Assembly (NCBI RefSeq): GCF_006345805.1
Contig: NC_043013.1
Location: 27,466,001 to 27,530,000 of the forward strand
DNA length: 64,000 bases
Reading direction: 5' to 3'
Source of the DNA: Octopus sinensis
Taxonomy: Eukaryota
How positions within the stretch are numbered: the stretch's first letter is position 1; each line of letters starts with the position of its first letter. The translations under genes were made by a program, and so were the position numbers. Below, piece after piece: positions 1-14,854 of this stretch. The notes under the pieces were generated by a model. That model did no database searches and was not told where the DNA came from. It saw only the letters and a program-made list of their open reading frames with translations.

Positions 1-3000
1 TTTTTTTTTTTTTTTTAAATAAATAAATCTCAAATAAAAGTTATAGTATTAAAATTCTGACTGACCTTTTTCTTCCCCATTGTATTTCTTTTCATGTTTT
101 GAAGAAACCTTGTAAATTCCAATATTTGATGACTTTTAAATTGTTGTTAGTTAACTAGCTATGAAAGTGTGAATTTATTAACTCTTTACACTTTAGAAAC
201 ATTAGTAAAACACTGTACAAAACAAGTTTCTATTTTTAATAATTCTTAACCATTGCTTTAACACTATATCCAGTGTTAACTCTAGGCTAGACACCTGTAC
301 AAAAGCAGGTTAACATTCCTGTTATATATTTCAGTAAAATCAGAAAATTACACAGAACAAAATACATATACTTTACATTTAGTCTGATGGTCCAAAAAGA
401 TTCTGAAGTCTCAGTGTCCCATGCATTTTTTCTTTATTCCTATCCTTATAGCTTGTACTTTCACAATAGACAAACAAAACATTCTATTATATTGCAGATT
501 TAATATAGTTACATCAACTTGATTGATTTTTAACTGTGATATTTACTCCATAAGAGCAAGTTATACTAAGCAAATTCATTCCTTTACTTTTCAGATGCAA
601 CATTTAACAATGTCCATTGCCCATTTATGAAAGTAATTTCCATTTCACCACATACTTGGTAAATGATAATCTTGTGTTAGTGATTATATTTTTCCAATTA
701 ATATCTATGGACTAACAAAGTTATATGAAAGATGGTCCTGCCCATGCCAGCATGGCAAACATGTTAAATGATGATGGGAATATTTAATAGAACCTGTTTC
801 AACCTATATATACCGAAATAAATCTGCAGTTCTGAGAACCCCTTTGTTGCTCCAAAGAACAAAGCATGCTTACATACACCACATTGTATGAAAAACTGCT
901 GTCTAAGAAATTATCAGTCCAATTCTTCTAAAGTTGCTTGGCTTACACAAAGCAAGTTCTGAACAGTTAAAATATATATGCAACGTTGTATTCTGCACAA
1001 ATATATTAGTAAATAAAATGTGACTTGGGACCAGACTATAATATATCTAGCAAGATACAGGTTCCACTCTGTGCCAAAGTTCTGGTTAAACAGAGCTAAT
1101 GGGGACAACTCAACTTCAACAACAAAAATAGATTTGTGTATGTCTTGTTTTTTTTTAGTAATACCTAAAATTTGGTTTAGAACTGGATATATATATATAT
1201 ATCAATGGAACTGATACTATTTGAGCTATTATAGACATTTAGAATCCCTAAGTTTTCCCTTTAATACTAGTGAATATATTTATTTATCTTTATATTCTAT
1301 TAAATGTTTAGTCATTATTTAACTGTTTAGCAATTTTGCTTTAAAAAAAATTCATGTCAAATGTTTTGGCAATTTTCTAATTTTATATTATTTGTAGATT
1401 AAGCCTCAATATAAGCATAAATATTAACATATTTTAGTCATAATTGAAAAACTGCTTATTAAACCATATCTTTATAGGATATTGTCAGCAGTTTGATTTT
1501 AACATTTGAATTGTCTGTGAGTGCAAACTGGGTATATTTTTCATTATTATATTTTAGGATTGTCAATTAAAATCTTGACTGTTTTTGGCTTAATTTTTTT
1601 TTCTTCTGAATGAAAAGACCAATTTGTGTAATTTATCAAGTTGAATAATATGAATTCAACTTAAGCTTTACACAAAACTGTTCCTGTTGTATATAACCTT
1701 TTGTACAGATATGTAACATAGAGGTGCACTTTTTTTTTTTTTTGTTAATTACATCACATTCTTGAGAGAAAATTGGTAACTGAGAAGAAAGTTTTCTGTT
1801 CCTGCTTGTATAACAAATATTGCTGCTCTTCTCAGTTCAAATAAATCTAAGCTATCTTCCAATCTTTTTTTAGTGTTTATGTCTTGATCAATTTTACTTA
1901 CATATTTCATCCAGTATTCAATCAAACTATATTGTTTCAAAATTGAGCCATATTAATTGGCAACCATGAAGTAAAAGTAAGAATTTATATTTTTTCTTTT
2001 AAATAGATTCCTTTGATATTTTAAGAAAAAAAAATGGAGAAATAGGGAACAATTACATACTGGAGTAAATTTGCATTATTTAGTTACAGCTCTGCTCCAA
2101 GTTCAAATCTTGCCTGAGCTTTGTTTCAAATTTTAGTATCAATAAAATAAAGTGACAATCACTTTGATTTCCATCTGCTACAGATGGTCTAAGAAAAAGT
2201 TTCGGCACTACTTAAATACAGAGGTTCCAACGCATCAATGTGATGTTTTTACAGTGCATACTTGTTAGGGTTATGTAGATGCATTGGGGCCTCTGTATCT
2301 AAGTAGTACCAAAATTTCAATTGTTTTGGGAAAAGATAACATTCTTTGAACTAAAAGTAATGGGAGAATTTAGAACCAGTTCAGTAGTTTCAGCAGCATA
2401 ACTTTGAAGTTGAAATGGTATTTTATATCAGTGTAGAAGTCTTGAAATTAAGTTAGTCATTGGTAGAAAAATAGCCTCAGACTGGAGACTTAGCTCTAAA
2501 TATTTGCAACAAATTAGATTCTGCTAAACGCATCCAAAATCAAGGTGGTGGATATTCAAGCAGGTTATGAATTAATTCTGATATTGAAGTAGGCTAGGAC
2601 AGGATTAAGTGATGAATTGTGTGTACAGCAGTGTTCCATACCTTCTGGGAATGTTACCTATTCAAGGAATAGAACTCTCTTTCAGCAAGTGTTACAATGT
2701 GAGTTAGTGCTTTCCATTTCTCTGTATAAGAATTATATGGCTTGTAAAAACATGTCAGTGCCTAAGCTAGGAGATTCTTCAGAGGGTTAGTATAATGGTG
2801 CGAAATAGATGACACTAGCATTATAAGCCAAAAGCTGATTCTGGTTGCTTTACCAAATGATCTGTTAGAATAAATTCTTGAGAATGTGTAAAAACAGATA
2901 GTGGACCTTGACTCGTAACCTTTGAGGATATCTTGATAATTTATAAGCTACAAGTAACCCATTATGTTTCCACAAACCTTAGACTGGTTTGATTAAGCTC

Positions 3001-4589
3001 CTATGTTTATTTTGCATTTCATGCAGATGATGTGAAATAACGTTAGCAATAGTATTTTTTTATGGCTATTTCTACAAATGATCTATAGAAATTCTAGCCA
3101 GGGCTGAATTTTGCTACGAGGTTTCGTAAATGTCAGATGTAAACAATAAATGAAATTGAAGATGAAAAATGGACGTATATGCCATATTTTGTGGAGTTTT
3201 TGCCCCTTCATCAACAATCATCTAATCCATTAATCATCCTCAAACACATTAATTAGTGTAAAGGTATTAGATACGCCAATTTACATATTAAACATTCCTG
3301 GAAGCTGGTTCATAAATATTCTTTTCTACTCTAGACACAAGGCTAGTCAATTAGATCAACCCCAGTATGCAACTGGTACTTAATTTATCAACCCTGAAAG
3401 GATGAAAGGCAAAGTCAACCTCAGTGGAATTTGAACTCAGAACAGAGACAAAATACCGCTAAGCATTTTGCCTGGTGTGCTAATGTTTCTGCCAGCTCGC
3501 TGCCTTAGTTATTAAAAATCTGAATGTGGTGTTGACTTATAAAAACATTTAACATATTTTATAGTTAATTACGGTTGCATAGCAAAATACTACATACCTA
3601 CAGATCATTAGTTGGTATTAGTGTCAGAGATGGTTGTTCTTGAGAATTACCATTGTGTATATATCTACCTGTCAAGAGGTGGAAGTTTTGAATATTTTAG
3701 ATAAGATCTGGCATCTCACATCAGAATCTCAAAACAAGATAATGCATGATTAACTCAAAACAATGGATAAATTAGCATTACACTCCACAGAATAATCTGA
3801 ATGCTAAAGGGTTCATGAAGAACTCCCCCAAAATGTTTGCTTCAGTAAACCAATGTATTGCAATTGATTGGAATATTCATGTAATTTAACTTGTCAATAA
3901 TAATAATAATAACTAGTCAAGAAAGATACAAATATATATATTTTAATACTGTTTCCATCTTTCAAAAAATACAAATGCATCATTTAGATCTTTATTAAAT
4001 TTGCTAATTAACATACTTCTGAAAAACTGAACTTAATACATTAGCCAAATATTTTTCATTTTTAAATGTTACTTGTTAGTATTTAAAATTAAAACCACTG
4101 CTTTTCCTATGCAAGTACAAGGTCTGTGGAGTTACGTTAAATTATTGATTGCTGCGATTTATTTTTTTTGCCAAGGAAAAGAGCTTGCTTCATTCTGCTT
4201 AGCTGACTTCACATCTCAATTCTTCTCCACAGATTTTTTGCTATTTGATGTAAATGTTCACTTTTTTTTGTGTTTTGTTTTATAAAATCATCCCACTTGT
4301 GTTAGCTTGAAAAAGAATTGTTAAACAAAAAGTGTTAAATTTCCCATTAAGTAATTAAAAACAAAAGTTTAAGTTGATAATGTTAGCCTAATTACTCAAA
4401 ATTGTGATGTGAATCTCTAATTAGAGTCAGTAAACAATTTTGATGCTAAATCCCGCCTACCTTAAATCTTCACTCCAAATATTCAATTTCATTAATCTTA
4501 GTCCATTTTATAAAATAAAAGTCTTTTAGAAAAGTTTTCATAAATGATTTGCAATAATTTAAAACCTAATAAACCTAGGTTACTTATTG

Positions 4590-4595
4590 TTTATT
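4590..4595 (-). terminator. Candidate polyadenylation signal AATAAA about 40 nt after the FCSK stop
   Basis: tttatt on the + strand; AT-rich context makes chance occurrence likely. Confidence 0.3.
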
Positions 4596-4633
4596 TTCAA
4601 AATAAATATCCCATTTTTAAACCCCTGATAAAC

Positions 4634-4696
4634 TTAGTTAATAGTCATGCCAACTGGGTCGATAACAGCTTCGTACAGCACAGCACTCTCCAGGCC
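4634..4696 (-). CDS. FCSK: FCSK terminal coding exon 27 ([20 protein letters not shown])
   Basis: tttccag| acceptor; TAA at 4636-4634; resembles the fucokinase C-terminal GL...V-D-x-x-G pattern. Confidence 0.88.
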   Translation of the reverse strand, partial: GLESAVLYEAVIDPVGMTIN

Positions 4697-6429
4697 CTGG
4701 AAATAAAAGAAAAATAACCAGTTTATACCATCAATTAAGATATGAAGTGAATTAAGTTATTAGGGTCATGCATGGTAGAAAATCATTCTTAACCCCTTTT
4801 CTTATTATAAATGACTCAAATTTGACTTGTAAATGAATTTTCATTTAGCAATGTAAATTTTACAGGAAGAAAAGAGAAAGAAAGTTAAAGTATGAAAGAT
4901 GAAATTTTTGAGAAGAAAGAAATCCAGAATTACTTCAACAAGGATGTGAAGAAAGAAAAGTGGGCGTGGGGAATTACACAGCAAAAAATGGGGTGGGATA
5001 TTTATTGATTACAATCAGTTTACTCAACTACCTTTCTCCAAAAATTTACAACCATGTGGTTATGTTAGAGATCAACATTACTTTTGTTTCTGCGAGAAAC
5101 AATACTGCATTCAGCACTCTAGAGACAATAAACTACCTAACAGTTGTATGCTAGGATTGAGTTTATTGACTTTACCCTTTCTCTACAAATGTTTGACCTA
5201 TGCCAAAGATGGACATTACTATTAGCAAACTCATCTTCAAAACTGTCATTGGATTCACTTCTGACACATTACTGGCAAAAACCAAATGCTGTTTATTCTT
5301 TTTGGGTCTCCAAAATGAAGTTGGAACTTTTGGAGTAAGGACACGATTTGAACTGAACATAAAAAAAGGCTGGAACTAAACTGTAACATTTTACATTACT
5401 GCAAAGAGTGATTTTCCAATTAAGTCATTCTTGTATCTCTTTAGAAAAGCCTTTTGATCTGAAATTGGTGATTTAACTCAGTTTTACTCTATTACAAAGC
5501 ACCTTCAGAGGATTAATGCCACAGTTGTTATCACAATAATTTGAAATGGTTGTTCCACTCTTTGGCATCTGCTGTGTTTAATTCCAGCAGCTCAAAATTT
5601 ATGTTGAGCAAAACCTCATTTTTGTTCGATAACCATTCCTGATGGTCGGCATCATTGTTTTAATGTCCACATTCAATGCTTGCATGGGTTGAATGAAGTT
5701 GGTTTAAGCAGATTTTCTCTGGCAGGATGTCCTTGTTGCCAACTGTCACCCATTTGAAAGCAAGGTAAACATATTCCCATGGTTAGAGGTTTTCACAGAT
5801 TATTGGGAATCAATGACACTGCTTGTATAACAGTGACACTGATTTACAACTATTATAGGATGTCAAGCATACATATTCACACATTAAATTACATATACAT
5901 ACATATGACTATTGGTGGTAGTCTATCAGTTATGACAACCAGAGTTCCAGTTGATCTGATCAACTGAACAGCCTGCTTGTGAAATTAATATGCAAGTGGC
6001 CAAGCACTTCACAGACATGCATGGCCATAACATAGATCAGAGGAAGATTCAGAATTTGAGAAAGCTGGCCCTTTAAATAACATGTACAACTCATTTTGGC
6101 CAACTTAATGGACTGGAGCTATGTGAAATAAAGTGTCTTGCTTAAGGATACAGTGCACTATTGGGAATTGAACCCATGATCTTATGATTGTGGGACAAAA
6201 ACCCTAACCACTAAATCATTTACTTTCACACCTATTCTTTTACTTGTTTCAGTCAGACTGTGGCCATGCTGGGGCACCACCTTGAAGAATTTTAGTCAAA
6301 TAAATTGATCCCAGTACTTTTATTTTTTAAGCCTGATACTTATTTTATCAGTTGTTTTGCTGAACTGTTAAGTCACAGGGGTGTAAACACCAACACTGGT
6401 TGTCAAGCAGTGGTGAGGGACAATCACAG

Positions 6430-6468
<39 letters not shown>

Positions 6469-6801
6469 TGTGTTATCAAAGATCAGTTTCCAAATTTTGG
6501 TTGGTAGGGATATAGACTCCAAATGGGTACCGTAGTCACATTTACCAGTTATTAATACTAACTAACTCAATGTGTGAATAAAAAACTCCAGTTAATTTGA
6601 TATACTAACCTCAGTTTTATTGAGCAGTTAATTACTTCTTTTCATTTCTGCAGCAACTAATGCACACTGCAAAATTTGCATTTTTATGTGCACTTATTGT
6701 TAGTTGCCTCTTCTTTAGGGTGGTGTCAAGTGCATTGTTCAGATAGAATCTAAAATTCTATCTGGCTATAAATCTATTCTCCTTTATTATAAATTCATTA
6801 A

Positions 6802-6835
<34 letters not shown>

Positions 6836-9800
6836 ATGTGCACAGACTGTTTCAGTTTCTGCCTACCAGATCCACTCACAAGGCTTTGGTCAGCCTGTGG
6901 CTATAGAAGTCACTTGCCCAAGATGCCACACCATAGGATTGAACCTTGAACCATGTGGTTGGTAAGCAAGCTTCTAACCAGACAGCTACTCCTGTGCCTA
7001 TATATATATATATGCACATATATGTATATATATACATGCATGCATGCACATACTTACATACAATAAGCTTATTTCAATTTCCACTGCCAAATCCAATCAC
7101 AAGGCTTTGGTTGGACTGAGGCCAGAGTACAAGACCTCTGCCTCAGGTGTTGCACGGTGGGACTGAACCTGAAACCATAATATTTCAAGAAAGCAAACTT
7201 TCAAATTGCTTACCTTTATTGAGGATAATATAGTTTGAAGTTGGCTTTTAATGCTTAAATCCTTAAGAATTGCATAGAAAAATCCTCCTCCACCTGCTCC
7301 AGCTAAACTCATTCCATAGCTATATGGTCGCAGTATATCCATCAGTTCTTTCAAAGCTGCTGGTTCACATCCAGGAGCCATGTTTTTCTTCAGTGTCCAG
7401 TATTTGTCTATGCACTGACCAACAGATTCCAAATTACCTTGAAAGAGTTTGAAATTCATTAAATTAACTTATGTATTGTAACAGAATATAACAAGATTGT
7501 GTTTTTATCAAGGAGAAATGTTACAAATTTTTTTTAGTCATTTGTGGCCATGCTGGAGCACCACCTTCAAGGGTTTAGTTGAACAATTTGAACTTGGTAT
7601 TTTTCAAGTCTGTTGCTTTTTATCGGTTTCTTTTCCCAAAACTGCTCAGTTACAAGAACATAAAAAAACAAAAAAATCAACACCAGTTGTCTTAACATTG
7701 ACGGGAGTGAGGGCAAGCACATACATACACACACTGGGCTTCTTTTAATTTCCAAATCGACTCACAAGGATTTGGACAATGTGGAGCTATACTAGATGCT
7801 TGATGCACAGTGGGACTGAACCCAAGACCACAAGGTTGGGAAGCAAACTTCTTAACCACACAGCCTTGCCTGCTGATAAGATTTCAAGAGGAAAAAAATC
7901 AACAAGGATTGTAAACATCATATCACTGATTCACTCAAAATGGTGACAAGTGAAACCATGGGATGTCAATTTTCATCTCCAGATCTATTTATAAGGGATT
8001 GGCAAGAAACTATAAGTTGAAGACATTTTCCCAAGGTGCCATGCAGTGAGACTGAACTTGGAACCATGTGGTTGGGAAGTGAACTTCTCAACTACACAGC
8101 TATGTCTGTGCTCTGTATAAAACAAGTATAGGAAGATGAAGTGGTGTTTGTTTTTTTATAATATTTTCTTCATCAATATTTTAATTGGGATTCTATGCAA
8201 TTGTTTTCAGGTGATCTTTTTGTGCTGGAGGAAGAAAATTTTTTTCATCTTGGCTGTGTTGTTGATGATGTCTTAGGGTGATATCACTTATCAATTGAAA
8301 CATATCATCACTTAACATCCTTTTTTTTTTTCCATGCTGAGCTAGAAGGCTGCACTGAGCTTTACTGTCTGCTTTGGTATGGTTTCTACAGCTTGATGCT
8401 GTTTCTAATGCCAACCAGCTTACAGAGTGTACTTGGTGCTTTTTTTCATGCTACCAGCACATGTGAGTGAGGTCACCAAGTACTTGCAAGATAAGACCCC
8501 CTCAACTGAATGGAGTAGAGTATTTAGGGATGTGAAAGTATGATAGTAGGGACACTAAAACAGGTCATTTCTTTATTGCCAACAAGGGGCTAAACACAGA
8601 GGGGACAGACAAAGGGATTAAGTCGATTTCATCGACCCCAGTGCGTAACTGGTACTTATTTAATTGACCCTGAAAGGGTGAAAGGCAGAGTCGACCTCAG
8701 CGGAATTTGAACTTAGAACGTAATGGCAGACCAAATACCGTTAAGCATTTCGCCAGGCACCTTCAAGATACAAGATGACAATGGGAAAGGTGAGGGGGTA
8801 GGTAAGTGTGTTGAAGTATTGAATCAGCAACATATCTTAGATGAGGAAATAGCCTGAAGAAACAAACCTCAGAATAAACAGCTAAGCTCAAGAAAACAAA
8901 GAGGAAGTCTTAAATAAAAGTTCCATTGATCAAAGAGGTTACATGTTATTGCTACTATTCAAGAAACCTGTATAAAACAAACAACATACCTTCGCTAAAG
9001 TGTGTGGCACAGTCATGAGCTAATTGTTTTAGATTATATATTGTTGAAACAATGCCAGGTTTCCGAGCGTACCATTCACGGAGAACATTCTGAAAATAAA
9101 ATAAAAACTGTTAAACTTTCAGCTCCTTAGTATTCAAACTGGTGATCTCTGGCCAAAATCTTTGACATGCTTTATCTTCAAACTGACCAGATTCAGTCTT
9201 TCACATCTTGTCTACAATGTCATTCTAAAAGTAAAGTCAAATCATTGAAATCTCAAAAGCTACGAATATAATGCATGATTTAGGAAGAGCATCCAGCCAT
9301 AGAAACCATCCAAATCAGACTGGAGTCTGGTGCAGCCTCTCAGCTTACCAGCTCTGGTCAAATGGTCCAACCCATTCCAGCATGGACAATGGATGTTAAA
9401 TGATGATGATTAATTCAAAACAATGTAAATAAATAAGTGGATCTAGTCAAACTGATTCGCAAAACATGCATTTTTTAAAAGGAAGTAAAAAAAATCTGAA
9501 AATCAGCTATGATAATGTAGTCTTCCAGTCTTATTGCTATGAAGGTATGATGTTGTGGAGGAAAGATTTACAAAGGTTTAAAAATTGGAAAAATTGTTTT
9601 TTATCCAATAGCGAGACAGAAATGTTTTGCATTTAGCGAAACAGTGTCGACTTTAAGGTTGTACCCTGTGAAATTTATAGTTTAGTGTCATTGAAATGAC
9701 TTGTTCATTGTAGGTTTCTAAGTAAACAGAAATACCTAATAAAATCAACATGTATCATCATACTGTTTCTTTTATCTATTCATTGATTATGTTTTTATTA

Positions 9801-12682
9801 TTTTTTAAAATTTGTTATATTAATATATTTGTCTGCATATGTTTAATTTATGAGTATTTCAGTATTATGTATACCTGTCATGTATTTGTGTACATCATTA
9901 ATATATAATTTCATGTATGTATTCATATATAAGTTTATATGTACATTCATGCATTCATGTGTGTGTGTGTGTGTGAAAAACTCTGAAGTTGAGTAACATT
10001 TTCATGCTTGGATTTGTAAACTGCGATAATAACACTGATCAGCAAAGAATTTATTTCAAGAAAAAGAAATGTGAAGCTAACGGTTAAAGAAATATTCCTA
10101 ATTTAAATGTTTATGAATAGAATTAATCACTGTTCTTCCCTCATCCTAGTTCTTCTGTCATCCTAAAATAGCAAGGACCCTTTAGCCTAGTAGGGCACAA
10201 GGTAACCTTACAAGTGCACCCAGTAGACTCTATGGAATTGAGGATGATTTCAATCTCAAACCATTAGATGATACAACTCCAAGCCTCGTGGTCCTGTGTT
10301 CAAATACATCCATGTTCTAATAAATAGGAGCCACTCTCTCAACAATCTTTTATCCTTATAATAAAACCATAAGAAAGAAAGAAAGCATTTTCAGATGGGG
10401 AAATCAGCAATTGTAATATTACAAAGAAGAGAATATTGAAAATACACAACCTGTAGTAAATTTCTGGCAAGCCTTGTTTTTCCAGAGTAAATAAGTACAA
10501 GTCTTTGATTGAATAATTCTATGATATCTGGAGTGACACTGATGTGTTTGTAATCAATAAACAATGGTATTTTAGCCAAAGAACTTCCCAGGGTTACACC
10601 ACCTAATAAACCCCCAACTTGGTCCTGCCAGCCACCTCCAGTTGTCATCAGTTGCTCCAGATAAAGGACCTAGAGAAAGAAAAAGAGTTATAATTGATTT
10701 ATTCTGAAGAGGCACAAAAAGCAAATTTCATAAGAGTGGATTAATCAATAGAACCAACACCAGTATATTGCTGGTACTTAGTGTACATATCTTAACCCTT
10801 CAGCATACAGATTATTCTGTCAAATGTAATGCTCGTTTAATCACATTGTTTTGAATTAATTGGACATTATCATGTAGTTTCGAGATTTCAATGATGTGAT
10901 TGCTTATTTTTAGAATGACATTGTAAGGTAGGTGTGAGAGGCCAGACCTGACCAATTTGAACATAAAACAGAATATTTAAGATGGATATGGCCATGGGGT
11001 TCTCTTATTTGTTTCAGTCATTGAACCACTGTCAACACCCTTCAAGGGTTTAGTTGGACAAACCAACCCCAATACTTACTTCTAAAGTTTGGTTCTTATT
11101 CTATCAATATTTTTTGCCAAACTGCTAAGTACAGAGATGTAAACAAACCAGCACCAGTTAAGTGCTTGTGAGGGACAAATACAAACACACACAAGGGGCA
11201 GGTTTCCACTTAGTTTCTGAATCCCAAACCATTCATAAGGCCTAGTGTTATTACAGAAGACACCTTTCCAAGGTGCTGTGCAGTGGAACTGAACCTAAGA
11301 CAATGTGGTTTCAAAGTGAGCTTCTTAACCACACAGCCATTCCAATGCCTTGTTTCTGATATTATATTATATATTGTACATGAGAGATGTTTCATAAACA
11401 CTGCAGCTGTGTTTCATATTTGTCTAAAGGCAACAAGGGATCCATTGAAGATTCAGCTGTCATATTGGTGAGTCAAGTGACTAAGTGGTTACTTCCTTAT
11501 TTGGCTCATACTTAATATACCTATTGTTATATTTTGGGATGATCAGTTAGAAATTTCTTTTTTCTTTTTCGCTAAATGAACACATGCACTATATATTTGT
11601 CCTTCTGCTTTATTTTAGTATCCTTTGTTCTGAAATTTTTTGTCATACATCCTGTAACCTAATCAGCAACTGGCCATCCCACGTGTCCTAAACAACTGCC
11701 CATCCTAAACAAAAACCTTGTAGAAAGTTGAAGTTACCCCCACTCCAATTAAATCTGCCTTTTCCATCATCCCTCAACGAACTTACTCTGTTTGGAAAAG
11801 CCTGATTCCCCACCCTGCCTCAACTACATCAAATATTTGAGCCAATCCTTCTTGATGAAGAACATTTTACTTGTGGTCACTAACCTACAAGAGTTTAAGC
11901 TAAATACAAACCATAACAATTTCAGCAAGCAATCCCTATCTTCCTACAGAGATGGGTTACAAAGATTTTGAGAGAGCGAGTGAGAGATTTACTCCTCTCC
12001 CCCTTCGACACCTAAGTAAAGAACTAAATCAAACAAACAAACGTCAAAATGCATCTCCAACAGATGATGTGTTGCGTAGTTGTCGCCCTTGATTTGTTCT
12101 CTCCGTACTGTTTCAAAAGGTAAAGGGAAAAACAAATTGATATCGTTTGCTGAGGTTATTTACAAGATTGATAAGTGTTATGATGGAAGATCTGGTGAAA
12201 AGATTGATGCTAAAAGCAATGGTGTCATGGAAAGTTAATACATGTATTATCATCATCTTGTATATATGTAAGTGTGTGTCTGGGTATGTGTGTGTATGTC
12301 TGGGTGGGTATGTGTGTGTATGTCTGGGTGGGTGTGTGTGTGTGTATGTCTGGGTGGGTGTGTGTGTGTGTGTATGTCTGGGTGGGTGTGTGTGTGTGTG
12401 TATGTCTGGGTGGTGTGTGTGTGTGTGTATGTCTGGGTGGGTGTGTGTGTGTATGTCTGGGTGGGTGTGTGTGTGTATGTCTGGGTGGGTGTGTGTGTGT
12501 ATGTCTGGGTGGGTGTGTGTGTGTATGTCTGGTGTGTGTGTGTATGTCTGGGTGTGTGTGTGTATGTCTGGGTGGGTGTGTGTGTGTATGTCTGGGTGTG
12601 TGTGTGTATGTCTGGGTGTGTGTGTGTATGTCTGGGTGTGTGTGTGTATGTCTGGGTGTGTGTGTGTATGTCTGGGTGTGTA

Positions 12683-12760
<78 letters not shown>

Positions 12761-14815
12761 CTTGGGTGTGTATACGTGCATGCGCGCTTGGGTGTGTGTG
12801 TCTGTGTACTCGTTTTGACATCATGTGATGGCTGTAAACGAACATCACCATCATACAAGAGGTGTCATCCATTTCCAGTTTACTAAGGTAGCATATCCAG
12901 TCATGGGGAGATATCACTTTGCTTGGAAACAGGACACATATCTGACAATAGAAAATCTGCCACAACAAATTTCGTCTGACCCATACAAGCGCGGAAAAGT
13001 GGACGTTAAATGATGATGATCCAACCAAATCCATCAAAATATCTCATTAAGTATTGAGATGTGCTGAATATTGTTTCTAACATATTTTTCATGGATGTTT
13101 TTTCTTAACCTTAATGAATGTTAAAGAAACAAATTTATTTGCATCTAATTTTCTTCTATTCCAAGATCCCTTTCAGTCATGGCCGGCCATAGATTTCTGT
13201 ACCTGGAAAACTTCTCTCCAAAGTGCAAGCTAGACAAAATATTTTTGTGAAAGACCAGCAGTTCTCTATGGATGCAGGTTTCCCCTTCTCCACTCCACTA
13301 AATGGTGTCCAAGGAAAAAGCAAGGTTGATGAAGCATAGCACCAATGTTGTATCCTTTTACTCGTCTCAGGTATTGGACTGTGGTCATGCTGTGGCACTA
13401 CCTTGATGGGTTTAGTCAAACAAACCAATCCAAGTACCTTGTTTTTTTTTTTGAAGTCTGCCATTTATTCTAACAGTCTCTTTTGTTGAACTGCAAGGTT
13501 ATAGAGGTGTAAACAAACCAGTAATAATTTTCAAGCAGTGGGGAGGACAAACACTGACACACACAGGTGTACAGACAGACACACACGCATATATGCATAA
13601 TAGGCTACCACAGTTTCCACCTACCAAATTCACTTTGGAATATATCTCACTTGGAATCAAGTTGGCAAACATGTTATCTCAAAAATTGTCTTAAATTCTT
13701 AAACATGTAATCATTCCAATCAGTTTAGAATTTTGCAGAGGTAAGCTTTTAGATATGTGTTTATCATATTTATAATTAGGATTTTAAAAAAATATTAAAA
13801 ATTCACGTCTTTAATTCCTTCAATTTTATATTTTGCTTCTATAACGGGAGGCTATTGTTGGCCAAGATACTGACAGGGTATCTTGTGTCTCCCATTATAA
13901 ATTTAAATCCAGTCAAATGAAGTATTAAGTCGAAGACAAAGTGAGATAACAAATCATCATCATCGTCATTTAACGTCCGTTTTCCATGCTAGCATGGATT
14001 GGATGGTTTGACCGGGGTCTGGGAAGCCAGAAGGCTGCACCAGGTTCCAGTCTGATCTGGCAATGTTTCAACAGCTGGATGCTTTTCCTAACACAAACCA
14101 CTCTGTGGATGCTTTTTATGTGCCACTGGCACAGGCGCTCGAATAACATTTATTTACTGGCTCGAAGTTTGGCTCTCGTTAACCATTTCTAGCATAGTGT
14201 ATCATCCACCATGTTGTATGTGTGAGGCAGCGAGTTGCTGTTAGTGAGACGAGCTACTTCTAGTGTGAGAGGCGTGCGGGAACAGAGAGTGAACAAGCTC
14301 AAGAGCTGTCTTATATAGGTATCCTTCTGGAAAGGCTTACTGTCTCATCGTGCATGCCCACCAGAAGTTTGTGAGATCTCGCTCCAGTCTCGAGCAGCTG
14401 ATGGCTGCCAGCGAGATCACAATATGGTGCATCTGTGCGACACTACAAAGGGTTCCCTACTGAGAACTCAGGTTTGAAATTAAAAAGTTGTAGGAGAGCA
14501 CAAGAATGCAGAGAATGGTAGTGAGAGCAAATAACAATAAGTGTTGCACAATGAAATAAGTAGAAAAGGAAAATTGATTACAATTAAAATACAAGAGACG
14601 TGCACTTTCAATTATTAGACTGCGGCCATGTTGTGGGGCAATGTTCTGAAGAATTTTAGTCAAACAAATTGGCCCTAGTACTTATTTTCAGTAAAGTTTG
14701 GTACTTGTTCTATAGGTCTCTTTTGCTGAACTGCTAAGTCATGGGGACATAAGCACACTAACACTAGTTGTCAAGAGATAGTGGGGGAGAAGCACATACA
14801 CAAAGAAACACACAG

Positions 14816-14854
<39 letters not shown>

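Noticed and set aside
1-1750. 3' UTR of a convergent plus-strand gene
   Set aside because: AT-rich and relatively TE-poor, but no coding exon or other direct evidence within the window
1749-1940. 63-aa ORF as a possible gene or exon
   Set aside because: Non-ATG start, no convincing splice context, no recognisable family; at most a decayed transposase tail
2330-3300. Possible old LINE/Penelope relic, with a degenerate TTGATGA box at ~3207-3213 on the minus strand
   Set aside because: Too decayed to assign any motif reliably by eye
12113-13037. Six long ORFs (184-270 aa) of HT/CV repeats
   Set aside because: Translations of a (TG)n-based minisatellite that lacks stops in all frames; not genes
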